A stretch of DNA of 64,000 nt, from positions 1 to 64,000 of IMG/VR virus record IMGVR_UViG_3300005563_000031; one strand, given 5' to 3'. The DNA comes from a virus. Shown here piece after piece: positions 19,881 through 29,864 of the stretch (within the stretch, counting starts at the first letter, position 1; every line of letters begins with the position of its first letter). Below the pieces are notes generated by a model that saw nothing but the letters and a program-made list of their open reading frames with translations, did not search any database and was not told where the DNA came from. The translations under genes were made by a program, and so were the position numbers.

Positions 19881-20710
19881 CCCCAAATGAACAGTTCATC
19901 GAGAGCCTGCGCCGTGGGATCAAACAGCGAGATGCGAAGATCGAGGAACAACGCCAGTTGATCCGGCGAATGAACGAACAGGCTGCAGCGCGCGATAACG
20001 GGACGAAACCAACTCGTGACTTTGCCGAGTTGAATCGGCTGATTCACGAGGGCTGGGATAAAGCTCAGCGCCTCATCGATCCCGATCAATGGTCATATAC
20101 GCAATTCACGGCGATACGTGATGAGTGGTTACTGCTGAATTCGGGGGCTAGAGATAGTAAAGAAACAAACCCGCGCATCACTCTAATGGACGACGGGCGC
20201 GCGATGGGTGGCTCGGATGTCTGTCATACCTGCGAGGCTCACTGCACAGTCATCGAGGATTTGCAGGCTGCGCTGAAATTCGTTTTGCGCGAGAGGATCA
20301 CGCTGCACGAGGGTGCATTCTTCCAGCGCGCTGAGTCGAACGCGCCAGACCCGAGGAGCGGATGGTATTCGTTCCCCTCGATGCCCGATGTAGTGAGCGC
20401 AACACTCCATCAAACACGCGATCTACTACAAGCGAAAACTACCGCGCCACAAACAATCCTTGATCGTAAAGTAATCGTCTGTGCTGCATGTCTCTGTGCG
20501 TGCTGTTGGCAGTGTGAATTCGTATGCGCGAAACGCAATACCATATCTGTCGAGAAGACGATCCGCGAGTTATACGAGCTTTCGCGCAAGGGTGTCCGCG
20601 AGGATTCGGGCTTCTGGTTCAAGGATGCCAATACCGGCAAAGTCGATTACGACGCCAAGTCGGCGGCGCTCCGCGCATGGCACGCTTCGAACGAGGGAAG
20701 TGACGCATGA
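19877..20710 (+). CDS. hypothetical protein
   Basis: ATGA-coupled 277-aa ORF. Confidence 0.6.
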   Translation: MTPNEQFIESLRRGIKQRDAKIEEQRQLIRRMNEQAAARDNGTKPTRDFAELNRLIHEGWDKAQRLIDPDQWSYTQFTAIRDEWLLLNSGARDSKETNPRITLMDDGRAMGGSDVCHTCEAHCTVIEDLQAALKFVLRERITLHEGAFFQRAESNAPDPRSGWYSFPSMPDVVSATLHQTRDLLQAKTTAPQTILDRKVIVCAACLCACCWQCEFVCAKRNTISVEKTIRELYELSRKGVREDSGFWFKDANTGKVDYDAKSAALRAWHASNEGSDA

Positions 20711-20801
20711 GTCGGGACAAAACACTGGCCGTGCTATGCCTCGTACTCGTGTTGTTGCTCGTGGGTGCGACATTGTACGACGCCATACAGGACGCGCTGC
20801 A

Positions 20802-21008
20802 ATGATACGTTTGGCTGTTGCGATACAACGCATTTGGTGGAAACGACAACGGCAAATTGATATTGATATCCTGTGGCCTGCCTGTAAGCGCTGTGCGCCC
20901 ACGCTCGAGGACGCGCATAAGATCTTTATGGTACATGCGGTTACGCAGCCGTGTTGGATGCGCGAGTACGGAGACAAATTGTGGCACGTAATACAAAGTC
21001 TCGCTTGA
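20802..21008 (+). CDS. hypothetical protein
   Basis: coupled small ORF starting MIRLAVAIQRIWW. Confidence 0.5.
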   Translation: MIRLAVAIQRIWWKRQRQIDIDILWPACKRCAPTLEDAHKIFMVHAVTQPCWMREYGDKLWHVIQSLA

Positions 21009-21220
21009 TGTTCCCGATTCCTATCGACGCGGCTAAACGCGTCGCTGAGGACTACGGTTACGATCAAGTTATCATCATTGCTCGCCGGGTAGGAGAAGCG
21101 GATGAACCGCATGGCGAGCACTGCACGACGTACGGTGTTGACCGGACCAACTGCGATGCCGCCGCCCGTATTGGTGACTTTCTCAAGTTCCGAGTAATGG
21201 GCTGGATAAAAGAAAACTGA
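21008..21220 (+). CDS. conserved phage hypothetical
   Basis: TGATG coupling; IPIDAAKRVAEDYGYDQVIIIAR. Confidence 0.65.
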   Translation: MFPIPIDAAKRVAEDYGYDQVIIIARRVGEADEPHGEHCTTYGVDRTNCDAAARIGDFLKFRVMGWIKEN

Positions 21221-21230
21221 GGTAACGCAA

Positions 21231-21464
21231 ATGGGCTGGTGTGGTGCGACTGAAATCTTTGATCCAATGGTACGGTTGATCATCGATCTTGATGTGCCGG
21301 AGGAGAAACAAGTTGAACTGGTCGCAAAGCTCATCGAGGTGCTGCGCGACGGGGATTGGGATTGCGAAAGCGACAGCGATTACTACAAAGAAAATGCAGT
21401 CGTTCGCAAAGCGTTTCTATCGCTCGACGAGCACGAGTATGACTGGGAAGATGAGGAAGACTGA
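21231..21464 (+). CDS. acidic hypothetical protein
   Basis: GAGG RBS; DGDWDCESDSDYY. Confidence 0.65.
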   Translation: MGWCGATEIFDPMVRLIIDLDVPEEKQVELVAKLIEVLRDGDWDCESDSDYYKENAVVRKAFLSLDEHEYDWEDEED

Positions 21465-23327
21465 GTGCGCCTCAAAACAATAGAAATACATAACTTCCGA
21501 GTCTTCGACCACTTCACATTCGAGTTTCCACAAGCCCCCGGACTGTACCTGCTCGCCGGCCGCAATGAGGACGCGCCGCAGCTAGGCGGCAACGGTGTTG
21601 GTAAAAGCTCGCTATTTGATGCTATAACATTTGCGTTATTCGGACAATCAGCTCGCGGTTTGTCCGGTGGTGACCTTGTGCGCGATGGCATGGGGCATAC
21701 CGATGTATTGATTACAACCGATAGTGACACGTATCGTCGTGTTTGGTCCAAAAGCAGCAAAACCGTTTTGCAGATGAACGGTACGAATGTTGGTAGCGCT
21801 GAGGTACTGGCGCGCATCGGGTTAACACACGAAATGTTTGTTACCTCGACAATCATCCCGCAAAAAGTACCCATGTTTGCCGAGCAAAAGCCGGTAACAC
21901 AGGTAGCATTATTGCAAGATTTGCTGGCGCTGGAGCGGTGGGTTGAATTTGCAACGCGGGCCGCCGCTAAATCCACCGACCTTACAAAGTCTGTAGCCGC
22001 CAAGTCCTCCATGGTCGCCTCGCTAAAGTCGCGCATTGAGGCAATCGACATCGCCGCGATTGAGCGGCGTAGCGACCTATGGAAGGAACAACAGATACAG
22101 CGTATCGAGGCCGCTGTGCGGCGGGTGCGAGAGCTGGAGCTGTCGCGCGAGCCGGCAGAGGGCGTGCAGGATATGCACACTGCACTGGCAGAAGCGCGTA
22201 GCAAGTTCGCACGGGCGAGCAACAACCAACGCGTGCTGAATAAGCAGATAGACGCGCTGCGTAATGAGAAGCACACGCTGAGCGATCAGACTACGGCGGT
22301 CAGTATTGAAATGCGCGTGCTCGAGAACAGCATGCGCACACTGAAAGAGGACAACAAGCTCCTTGAAAGCGGCGCTGGCACGTGTCCCGCCTGCCACCAA
22401 GCCATTACACCCAAACACCGCACGGCGTGCCTCAAAACGGCGGCCACGAAGCTCGCCGGCAAACAGGATGTGTGGGATGCGCGCTCGCTAACCTACAACC
22501 GTATGTTAGGTGAAATAGCTGAATTGGATAAAGGCATCACAGCCAAGCAAACACAGTTGCGCGATGCCGAGCGGTCCGCCACGGTTAACCAGGCGATCAT
22601 TTCTCAGTACGACAAACGCCTCGCTGTGGAAACAGAACGGGTGCGGATGCTCGATACCAAAATACAAGAAGCCTGCGCGTACGAGGACGACTTGCGCGAC
22701 GAAGTCAACCCGCATGCCGAAGCGTGGGAAACAGCGCAAGCAGCGCTCGTTAAGGCACAGGCCGACCTCATTGAAGCTGAAAAGGCGCTCACAGTGGTAC
22801 AAGATGAGGCGGCCCGCTTTGCGCTGTGGAGCAAGTCCTTCAAGTCCATCCGCAGCCAACTCGTGTCCGATGCACTGCACCAGTTCGCAACTGAAATCGC
22901 GATTGCGCTCGAGGACATGGGGCTGCTCGGGTGGGAATGCATGCCCATGTTTGATGCTTCGGTGTTTGAATCCGCGCGCAACGCCACCGGCTTTCGTTTC
23001 GTCGTGGAGACTGATAAGGGGATCGAACGCCCGCTAGATGCGTTTAGTGGGGGTGAGTTGGTCCGGGTGCAGTTATCGATTCAGAGCGCGTTAGGTGCTT
23101 TGATAGCCGACACACACGGCGCCCCGATGGATTTCGAGTTTTGGGACGAGCCGAGCACCTACTTGTCGAAGGAGGGAGTGGAGGGCTTGTTCGTATCGTT
23201 GCGCAATCGCGCGCAGCGGCTCGCACGACCGATTTTCATCGTCGACCACCACTACGCCCACAGCAGTGAACTCGACGGCGTATATCGCCTCGTAAAGCGT
23301 GACGGGGCAACGACACTGGAGGCTTGA
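21465..23327 (+). CDS. sbcC: SbcC/Rad50-like SMC ATPase
   Basis: NGVGKSS Walker A, CPAC Zn hook, FSGGE signature, WDEP Walker B, IVDH. Confidence 0.93.
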   Translation: MRLKTIEIHNFRVFDHFTFEFPQAPGLYLLAGRNEDAPQLGGNGVGKSSLFDAITFALFGQSARGLSGGDLVRDGMGHTDVLITTDSDTYRRVWSKSSKTVLQMNGTNVGSAEVLARIGLTHEMFVTSTIIPQKVPMFAEQKPVTQVALLQDLLALERWVEFATRAAAKSTDLTKSVAAKSSMVASLKSRIEAIDIAAIERRSDLWKEQQIQRIEAAVRRVRELELSREPAEGVQDMHTALAEARSKFARASNNQRVLNKQIDALRNEKHTLSDQTTAVSIEMRVLENSMRTLKEDNKLLESGAGTCPACHQAITPKHRTACLKTAATKLAGKQDVWDARSLTYNRMLGEIAELDKGITAKQTQLRDAERSATVNQAIISQYDKRLAVETERVRMLDTKIQEACAYEDDLRDEVNPHAEAWETAQAALVKAQADLIEAEKALTVVQDEAARFALWSKSFKSIRSQLVSDALHQFATEIAIALEDMGLLGWECMPMFDASVFESARNATGFRFVVETDKGIERPLDAFSGGELVRVQLSIQSALGALIADTHGAPMDFEFWDEPSTYLSKEGVEGLFVSLRNRAQRLARPIFIVDHHYAHSSELDGVYRLVKRDGATTLEA

Positions 23328-23590
23328 TGTTGAACGACGTGACGCACAAACGATTCGAGCGGCTGTCAGGCACGCAGTTTACGGAAGTTGAATTCGAAGA
23401 ACTCGCTTTAGGCGACGTATTTCGTGTGGTAGGTGAGGAAAAGTTCTACACTGCGATGAGCCGCCCGCATCCGGTGATCGGAACACCCGGTAAGTGGACG
23501 GTATATGCAGAACAAACCGATCCACCGGCGGGGATGCCACCACATGCAACAAGTACCTCGAGTGACTTGCACTCGCGAGCACACCATTAG
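23327..23590 (+). CDS. hypothetical protein
   Basis: coupled ORF; FEELALGDVFRV. Confidence 0.55.
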   Translation: MLNDVTHKRFERLSGTQFTEVEFEELALGDVFRVVGEEKFYTAMSRPHPVIGTPGKWTVYAEQTDPPAGMPPHATSTSSDLHSRAHH

Positions 23591-24047
23591 CTGCGGACAT
23601 CGAGTCCACAATCACGAAAGCCGCTGCGCTAATTTACACGGCCACAATTACACCATACAGATAACCTGCCAGTCCTATTTGCTTGACCAACTCGATAGTG
23701 TTGGACGAGTAGTGGACTTTTCTGTTATCAAATCTATTTGTTGCGAATGGCTCGAAAACGAATGGGACCACAAGTTCCTCATGTGGGAGGAAGACCCGTG
23801 GTATGACTTCCTCAAAGTTAACAAACTCGCGACTGCGACAGGACTCGTACCTATTCCAGGACTCATCGTCGTTCCGTTCAACCCTACTGCTGAGAATATG
23901 GCTTGTTTCCTTGTCGACAAATTCAATCAGCGGTTTGTCGACGTAAACGTACCAGTGGAATGCACCCACATCCGGGTAATTGAGACACCGAAATGCTGGG
24001 CTGATTACCACGCTGTGCCCCGCTACACCGGCATACTCCGCAAATAG
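23544..24047 (+). CDS. queD: 6-carboxytetrahydropterin synthase QueD
   Basis: CANLHGHNY, VVDFSVIK, WDH, NPTAEN, ETP. Confidence 0.93.
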   Translation: MQQVPRVTCTREHTISCGHRVHNHESRCANLHGHNYTIQITCQSYLLDQLDSVGRVVDFSVIKSICCEWLENEWDHKFLMWEEDPWYDFLKVNKLATATGLVPIPGLIVVPFNPTAENMACFLVDKFNQRFVDVNVPVECTHIRVIETPKCWADYHAVPRYTGILRK

Positions 24048-24056
24048 GCCGCGCTC

Positions 24057-25427
24057 GTGGCCAACGAGTTTACGTACCATGATGAGGTACTGGCTAGCCT
24101 TTTGACGGACGACGAGACCGCCCGCCGGCTCGTATTGTTGGTAAAAGATTACGCTTTTCCGAACGACCAGCAAGCAGCTGTGGCGGATGCGTTGCTGAAG
24201 TTCGCTGAACAGTGGAATGTCGCAGCGAAGGAACACGCCTACCAGCTCGTCGACGAGGAACACCGGCCGTATGTCCGCAAGCTGCAGGAGCTATCTAAGG
24301 GCGTGCATCGCGACTACGTGATGAGCCGCTTGGAGCAGTTCTTGCGCGAGGGCGCGATACGCAAGAACGTGTGGGCGACGCTGGACGCTGTGAACATGGG
24401 CGATTACGACGCAGCTGAAGCCAACATCACAGGCTACGTGCGCCAACAATCGATCCTCTTTAACGCCGGCACGCTGCTTAAGGGCGATGCGTTGCGCTCG
24501 ACGATGGAAGACGATGCAAACGAGGAGGTGTTTAGGACCGGTGTCGCGGCTCTCGATCGCGCGCACGTGGGGCCAGCTCCCAAAACCATGTTGGTGTTTG
24601 TGGCGCCGGCTAAGCGCGGCAAGAGCTGGGCGATGTCGCACATGGCGAAGACAAACCTAGCGGACCGCAAAACAGTGTTGCATGTGACACTCGAGATGAG
24701 TGAGCGCAAAGTCGCGCGCCGGTACGTGCAATCGGTGTTGTCACTTACGAAGCGGGAGGTGGAGGATGGAATTCCAATCAGCACACTCGAAGTCGACAAT
24801 CTCGGTCGGTTTCACGGAATTGGCGCTGATCGAGTGCGGCGGCCGAAGTTATCTGTGGATCTGTACGAACGTGCCAATCGAATATTCTCCCGTTACCGTC
24901 TTTGGATTAAGGAATTTCCGACCGGCTCGCTGACTGTTGCGGACCTGAAAGCGTTCCTCGACACGATGGAGAAAACACAACACGTGGTGCCCGACGTGTT
25001 GATTGTGGATTACGCTGACATTATGAAGCTGTCGGCGGATAACCTGCGGCTCGAAACGAGCATGTTGTACCGGGACCTTCGAGGCGTCGCGTCCGAGCGC
25101 GGCATTGCGCTGATTACCGCGAGCCAGTCGTCTCGCAAGTCGGCGGATGCGCGGTGGGTGCGCGACACAGACATCAACGAGGACTACAGCAAGATCCATA
25201 CAGCAGATGCGGTGTTGACGTACTCGCAGACGCCTGAGGAACGTCGATTGGGGTTGGCGCGGCTGTTTGTTTCTAACGCACGCGACGAGGGCGATAAGTG
25301 GGGCTGCCTCATGTCGCAGTCGTACGCGATGGGGCAGTTTTGCCTCGACTCGCTGCGGCTCGACAACGACGACAGCTATTGGCGCATCGTGGACGGACAA
25401 CCACAGCCGGAGGGCGATGCGCAGTAG
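24057..25427 (+). CDS. dnaB: replicative DnaB-like helicase
   Basis: APAKRGKS, TLEMSE, LIVDYAD, TASQ. Confidence 0.9.
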   Translation: MANEFTYHDEVLASLLTDDETARRLVLLVKDYAFPNDQQAAVADALLKFAEQWNVAAKEHAYQLVDEEHRPYVRKLQELSKGVHRDYVMSRLEQFLREGAIRKNVWATLDAVNMGDYDAAEANITGYVRQQSILFNAGTLLKGDALRSTMEDDANEEVFRTGVAALDRAHVGPAPKTMLVFVAPAKRGKSWAMSHMAKTNLADRKTVLHVTLEMSERKVARRYVQSVLSLTKREVEDGIPISTLEVDNLGRFHGIGADRVRRPKLSVDLYERANRIFSRYRLWIKEFPTGSLTVADLKAFLDTMEKTQHVVPDVLIVDYADIMKLSADNLRLETSMLYRDLRGVASERGIALITASQSSRKSADARWVRDTDINEDYSKIHTADAVLTYSQTPEERRLGLARLFVSNARDEGDKWGCLMSQSYAMGQFCLDSLRLDNDDSYWRIVDGQPQPEGDAQ

Positions 25428-25442
25428 TTGGTATATGTTGGC

Positions 25443-26147
25443 ATGACAATGCAAAGAAAATCTGTACCGGTACCAAATACTTGGTACTGGCAAGTCGTTG
25501 TAGAGCAATTAACAGGACACAAATACAGAGATGGAACTGGTCGGTGCGTATACTGTGACGTGAGTACACCTCTAACAGAAGAGGACCACTTTCCTATCCC
25601 CGCTATTTTTGGAGGAACAGAAACTGTTCCTGCCTGCGTATTCTGTCACCGATTAAAAGATCGTGTATCTCTTAGCGCGCTCCGTGACTACTATTTTTGT
25701 CATGGAGGCACTGATTCTGAGGGCACGTACATTTCTCATGGCGTGCGTTTATTTTTAGATGGTGTATTTTTTCCTTTTGGGTATTCAGAGGGTGATGGCT
25801 ACTGCTCTGTCTTAGGCGACTTATACGGATTGATACAACCTGACCATTTTAAAACGTTTAAACCCGCTACACGATTGTGGATAGCTTGTCGCATTAGGGA
25901 ACAGTTAGAAAGCATGGCACGCTACCCTGTTTATACAGCCAAACAAATTTTACCTCGTTCGACTACTAACAATAATTGGTACATAAAACACCACGATAAC
26001 GGAGATACGACATGCGAGATCACCGATGTAGGTAAGGAAGTAATGCGCGAATTTTTGCTTAGAAAGGTGGAAGAAACAAAAGATACGGAAAAGTACAATG
26101 TTGGTGATCTTGAAACCTATTTCAATAATAGATTTCGTGAATATTAA
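25443..26147 (+). CDS. HNH endonuclease
   Basis: CVYC...EEDHFPIP..GG.....ACVFCHRLK; visibly more AT-rich than flanks. Confidence 0.75.
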   Translation: MTMQRKSVPVPNTWYWQVVVEQLTGHKYRDGTGRCVYCDVSTPLTEEDHFPIPAIFGGTETVPACVFCHRLKDRVSLSALRDYYFCHGGTDSEGTYISHGVRLFLDGVFFPFGYSEGDGYCSVLGDLYGLIQPDHFKTFKPATRLWIACRIREQLESMARYPVYTAKQILPRSTTNNNWYIKHHDNGDTTCEITDVGKEVMREFLLRKVEETKDTEKYNVGDLETYFNNRFREY

Positions 26148-27712
26148 TGCAACCCAAACGCCTCATCGAGTACCCGCCCCTCAACACACTGTTTGATGCC
26201 CACGATGTCAAAAAGTTTTCAGGGCGGCGGGCCGCCTACCAAGTTGATCCGAGTTGGCGGCCCTCTGTCGTTGGAACTGTATTTGCACATCAATATTGGA
26301 ACGCGGCGTGTTTCCTACAACACGACCAGTTCATCTTTTCATCCGATACGGGGTTAGGTAAGACAAAGACCGGCTTAGACGCTATCGAGTATTGCTTTCG
26401 GGCGCGTGGTGCCAAACACGCGCTAATCCTCACCGGCCGCCCAATCTCAACGAGCGAGTGGTACGACCAGGGTAAGCGCTTTATCAACATCCCCATCCAG
26501 GATGTGCGCGGCTCGAAGTACGAGCGTGGCGAGCAGCTGCTGCGGTTTCCAATAGCCCCCATAATGGTAAGCGACTATTCCACGCTGTCACACTGTTTCA
26601 GCACTCGTGTCGCGGTCCGGGGCAAAACTGCCAGCGGTAAGCAAAAAACTCGGCTCGCGCCTGACTTAACACTCTGCTCGCAGTTCGGACGGCAGTTCGA
26701 TGTAGTCGTGTTGGACGAGCTGCACAACCTTAAGAATGTAGATACGATCCGTTTCGAGATCGTGAACGCCCTTATTCCCGAAATTCCCATTCGCTACGGC
26801 CTCACCGGTACGCTGTTTGATCGACACCCGGAGGACGCGTGGGCGCAGTTCTACTTGATTGACGGGGGCGTGTGCTTCGGGAGCCGGCACGATTTTCTAC
26901 AATACTTTTTCGATGAGAAACCCTCGCACTGGAGTAAGTGGGCGGTAGACTACCGAATAAAGTCCGAGCGCAAAGACGAGTTCAAGCGCCGCGTCCGTTC
27001 GCGTGCACTGCGCGTGTCGCTGTCGGAATGCAAAGACATCCCTCCCATGTCACTATACCCAATCAACCTCCCCGCCTCCAAAGACCAACGCGACCGGATC
27101 GTTAAGGTACAACACGACATGAAAATGGCGCGCACGAAACAGGAGCCCGTCGACAGTAAGTTCGCGTACCTACGACAGTTGGTTTCCGGTTTACTGCGCA
27201 TAAAGGAAGGTATTATCGACGAAACAGTGCGCCTGCCTGAGAACCCGAAGTTAGAATGGACGTTACATTTGATCGAGGACCTCGATGCTAAAGAACAGGT
27301 GGTGATCTTTTACGAGTTCCGGGCCTCGGGCGAGTGGTTAAATGAAGCGCTCGAATCCGCCAAGCACAAGGTAAGTTGGTTGTACGGCGGCATGACGAAA
27401 AACGAGAACGACGTACTCGAAGCGTGGAAGAGTAAAAAAACGCGTATCTTATTGACACAAACGCAGAAGGCGGCTGAATCGCTTAACTTGCAACAAGCTG
27501 CGTATCTTGTGCAATATGAATCACCGATGACGTATAGGCTCGAGAAGCAGTCACTTGCACGGGTGGGTGGCCGCATCGGGGGACGCCCCGCGATTGCGTA
27601 TAAGCTGGCCATTCGCGGGTGCGTTGAGCAACGCATTATGGCGCTGATTCGAGAGGGGCGCGAGCTGTCGTACGACTTGCTTGAAACCCTCGAAGAGGAG
27701 CAACTGTTTTGA
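26147..27712 (+). CDS. SNF2-family helicase
   Basis: DTGLGKT, LDELH, LTGT, LNLQ, QSLARVGGR. Confidence 0.9.
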   Translation: MQPKRLIEYPPLNTLFDAHDVKKFSGRRAAYQVDPSWRPSVVGTVFAHQYWNAACFLQHDQFIFSSDTGLGKTKTGLDAIEYCFRARGAKHALILTGRPISTSEWYDQGKRFINIPIQDVRGSKYERGEQLLRFPIAPIMVSDYSTLSHCFSTRVAVRGKTASGKQKTRLAPDLTLCSQFGRQFDVVVLDELHNLKNVDTIRFEIVNALIPEIPIRYGLTGTLFDRHPEDAWAQFYLIDGGVCFGSRHDFLQYFFDEKPSHWSKWAVDYRIKSERKDEFKRRVRSRALRVSLSECKDIPPMSLYPINLPASKDQRDRIVKVQHDMKMARTKQEPVDSKFAYLRQLVSGLLRIKEGIIDETVRLPENPKLEWTLHLIEDLDAKEQVVIFYEFRASGEWLNEALESAKHKVSWLYGGMTKNENDVLEAWKSKKTRILLTQTQKAAESLNLQQAAYLVQYESPMTYRLEKQSLARVGGRIGGRPAIAYKLAIRGCVEQRIMALIREGRELSYDLLETLEEEQLF

Positions 27713-27987
27713 ATATGGCCATTGCGATGGCGGACGAGTGCGCAGACAAGCTGATCAACGGAACGATTAACAACGCTGCTGAATCGTTACCGCCGGGATC
27801 TATCTTTGTTTACCTAGGTGTACAGTGTGTCGCCCTTAGGTACATTCGTTGTGACAATGCGCACTTCCACCCCGGACTCTACTACGAGTACGTAAACCGA
27901 CACGGCAAGATTGTTGAGGGTCGGTGTCGGTGGGAGGAGCTGCACGCATTCCTACAGGCGATTGTAATTCGGAGAGTCGGACAATGA
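27709..27987 (+). CDS. hypothetical protein
   Basis: GAGGAG RBS; coupled. Confidence 0.5.
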   Translation: MNMAIAMADECADKLINGTINNAAESLPPGSIFVYLGVQCVALRYIRCDNAHFHPGLYYEYVNRHGKIVEGRCRWEELHAFLQAIVIRRVGQ

Positions 27988-28526
27988 ATGTATTACCTGG
28001 TGTCACACAACCCAACCCACTCCACCCCGCCTCTAAAGTCGGAGTCGTGCGCGAGCGCGTCCGTAACATCTTTGAACAAGCGCGCGATCGGACCGGCGCC
28101 CGCCAAGCCCTCGAAGTGCGCGAGGTCCGCAGCCGCTACCACCAGCTGTACGGCCAGCCCTGTCGGCGCATCGGTGCGCACATCGATGCGATTTTCAGTG
28201 ACGGCAACATCGCCCGGCCGAACAAGGGCGTTTACATCTGGGTCGACGGGGTGCCGCAGCCGAAGAAGGTCAACCGGCTGATCGACACGGAGAACTTGCC
28301 CAAGCGCCGCAAGCCCGTCCCGAATGAGGCACACACAATGACGAGCGTGCAGGTGCGCGGTGCGCTCGCTATCCGCTACGACATCGACTTGTCGGTGAAG
28401 CTCATTGGCATGTTGGCGAAGGAGGGTGTTATACCGCACTCGCAGCCCACCGGCCCGCGTGGTGATTACCGCTATCCGCCGCGCGTCGTTCCGCTCCTCA
28501 ACAAGATTTGGTACACAGGTAAATGA
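27984..28526 (+). CDS. putative DNA-binding protein (wHTH + MerR-like HTH)
   Basis: RPNKGVY wing; LAKEGVIP...GDYRY. Confidence 0.5.
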   Translation: MNVLPGVTQPNPLHPASKVGVVRERVRNIFEQARDRTGARQALEVREVRSRYHQLYGQPCRRIGAHIDAIFSDGNIARPNKGVYIWVDGVPQPKKVNRLIDTENLPKRRKPVPNEAHTMTSVQVRGALAIRYDIDLSVKLIGMLAKEGVIPHSQPTGPRGDYRYPPRVVPLLNKIWYTGK

Positions 28527-29317
28527 ACCGCTACGGCTTCTATGAGGGGCGGCCGAATACAGATGAGAAACTGTACATCTCATCTATCTTCGAGACCATC
28601 GACGGCGAAACCAACTTGTTTCATGCCGGCACATGGTCTACGTTTATTCGCCTACAAGGTTGCCGTGTCGGCTGCCGTTGGTGTGATACGAAGTATAGCT
28701 GGGCGATCCATCGCGGCGGGGAACTGCTGACCCCGGATGAGATTATGGAGCGCGTTAAAAAGCGCGGCGCGCGCAAAGTGACGATCACAGGCGGCGAGCC
28801 CATGGAGCAGTGGGGGCCGGCACTAAATCGGCTAATAGGCGCGCTGCGGTGGCACGGCTACAACATCTCGATGGAGACCGCCGGCACCGAGTCGCTGCGC
28901 GAGATGCTGTTGGTGCATCACTACGTCAACATGATCGTAGACTTTAAGATGCAATCCGCGTGCGCGGCGAAGGGCAACTGGCAGCAAAACTGGCCACTCC
29001 TTGCAACAACCGACGTCGTGAAGTTTGTCGTAAAATTAGATGACATGCAAAAGCTTCCTGATATCGTGCGCAACATGCGGCAAGCGTGGGAATGCAAAGC
29101 GCGCATGGTATTTTCCCCTGTATGGGAGCAACAGTCGCAACTGGAGCAGTTCATGCAGCGAGCACACGTGCACAATTTTGTCGACCATAACATTGGTATA
29201 AACCTGCAGATGCACAAGTTCATCTGGCCCAATAACGTTCGGGATGAGGAAGGAGAGCAGCATGTTTCAGTGGATTCGCCGGTGGCGGGAACGCCGGGCA
29301 GCAGCAAAGCTCCCTAA
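28523..29317 (+). CDS. queE: 7-carboxy-7-deazaguanine synthase QueE (radical SAM)
   Basis: FIRLQGCRVGCRWCDTKY, TITGGEP, LQMHKFIW. Confidence 0.93.
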   Translation: MNRYGFYEGRPNTDEKLYISSIFETIDGETNLFHAGTWSTFIRLQGCRVGCRWCDTKYSWAIHRGGELLTPDEIMERVKKRGARKVTITGGEPMEQWGPALNRLIGALRWHGYNISMETAGTESLREMLLVHHYVNMIVDFKMQSACAAKGNWQQNWPLLATTDVVKFVVKLDDMQKLPDIVRNMRQAWECKARMVFSPVWEQQSQLEQFMQRAHVHNFVDHNIGINLQMHKFIWPNNVRDEEGEQHVSVDSPVAGTPGSSKAP

Positions 29318-29855
29318 GCACGATTTTACCGGTGCGCGTACCGGGCGTATTTCAAGCCAAGACGGCTGGGTGCCCCCGCCGCACAACATTTCGCCACCAC
29401 TGTCGCCTGAGGAACGTGAGCATATGCGCGTGATTCGCAGCGCGCTGATTAGTGTTGGTCCGTCATACATTAAACCAACCCCTACATTTAACCGGCGTAT
29501 CTATCCGCGCAGCGTTGGCCCCTACGTACCAACACGGCCTCAAATTCCGTTGAGCAACAGCGCTCGTATAACACCCCCGAGCGATGCGCGGCGCGACTCG
29601 CTTATGGATCCAACTGACCCGCTGTCGCCTTTGAATCCGTTGAACCCGTTTAATGCGCTGAATCCGCTCTCGCCGCTGCACCAGTCAACGTTGTCGAGCG
29701 ATCCCGCACCCTCGCACTGCGAACCCACACACCACCGCAGCGACTCCTCGTCCTCTTCGTGGTCTGACAGCAGCAGTTCGTCCTCGTGGTCTGATTCCAG
29801 TTCCAGCAGCTGCGACAGCAGTAGCTCCAGTTCCTCAGACTCCTCATCCTGGTAA
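29262..29855 (+). CDS. Pro/Ser-rich low-complexity protein
   Basis: AGGAG RBS; DPLSPLNPLNP repeats; Ser/Asp/Trp tail. Confidence 0.65.
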   Translation: MFQWIRRWRERRAAAKLPKHDFTGARTGRISSQDGWVPPPHNISPPLSPEEREHMRVIRSALISVGPSYIKPTPTFNRRIYPRSVGPYVPTRPQIPLSNSARITPPSDARRDSLMDPTDPLSPLNPLNPFNALNPLSPLHQSTLSSDPAPSHCEPTHHRSDSSSSSWSDSSSSSSWSDSSSSSCDSSSSSSSDSSSW

Positions 29856-29864
29856 CACAACAAC

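Noticed and set aside
3653-25508. Long antisense ORFs (3653-4396, 14285-14968, 21383-22276, 24849-25508)
   Set aside because: Shadow frames opposite well-supported GC-rich genes.
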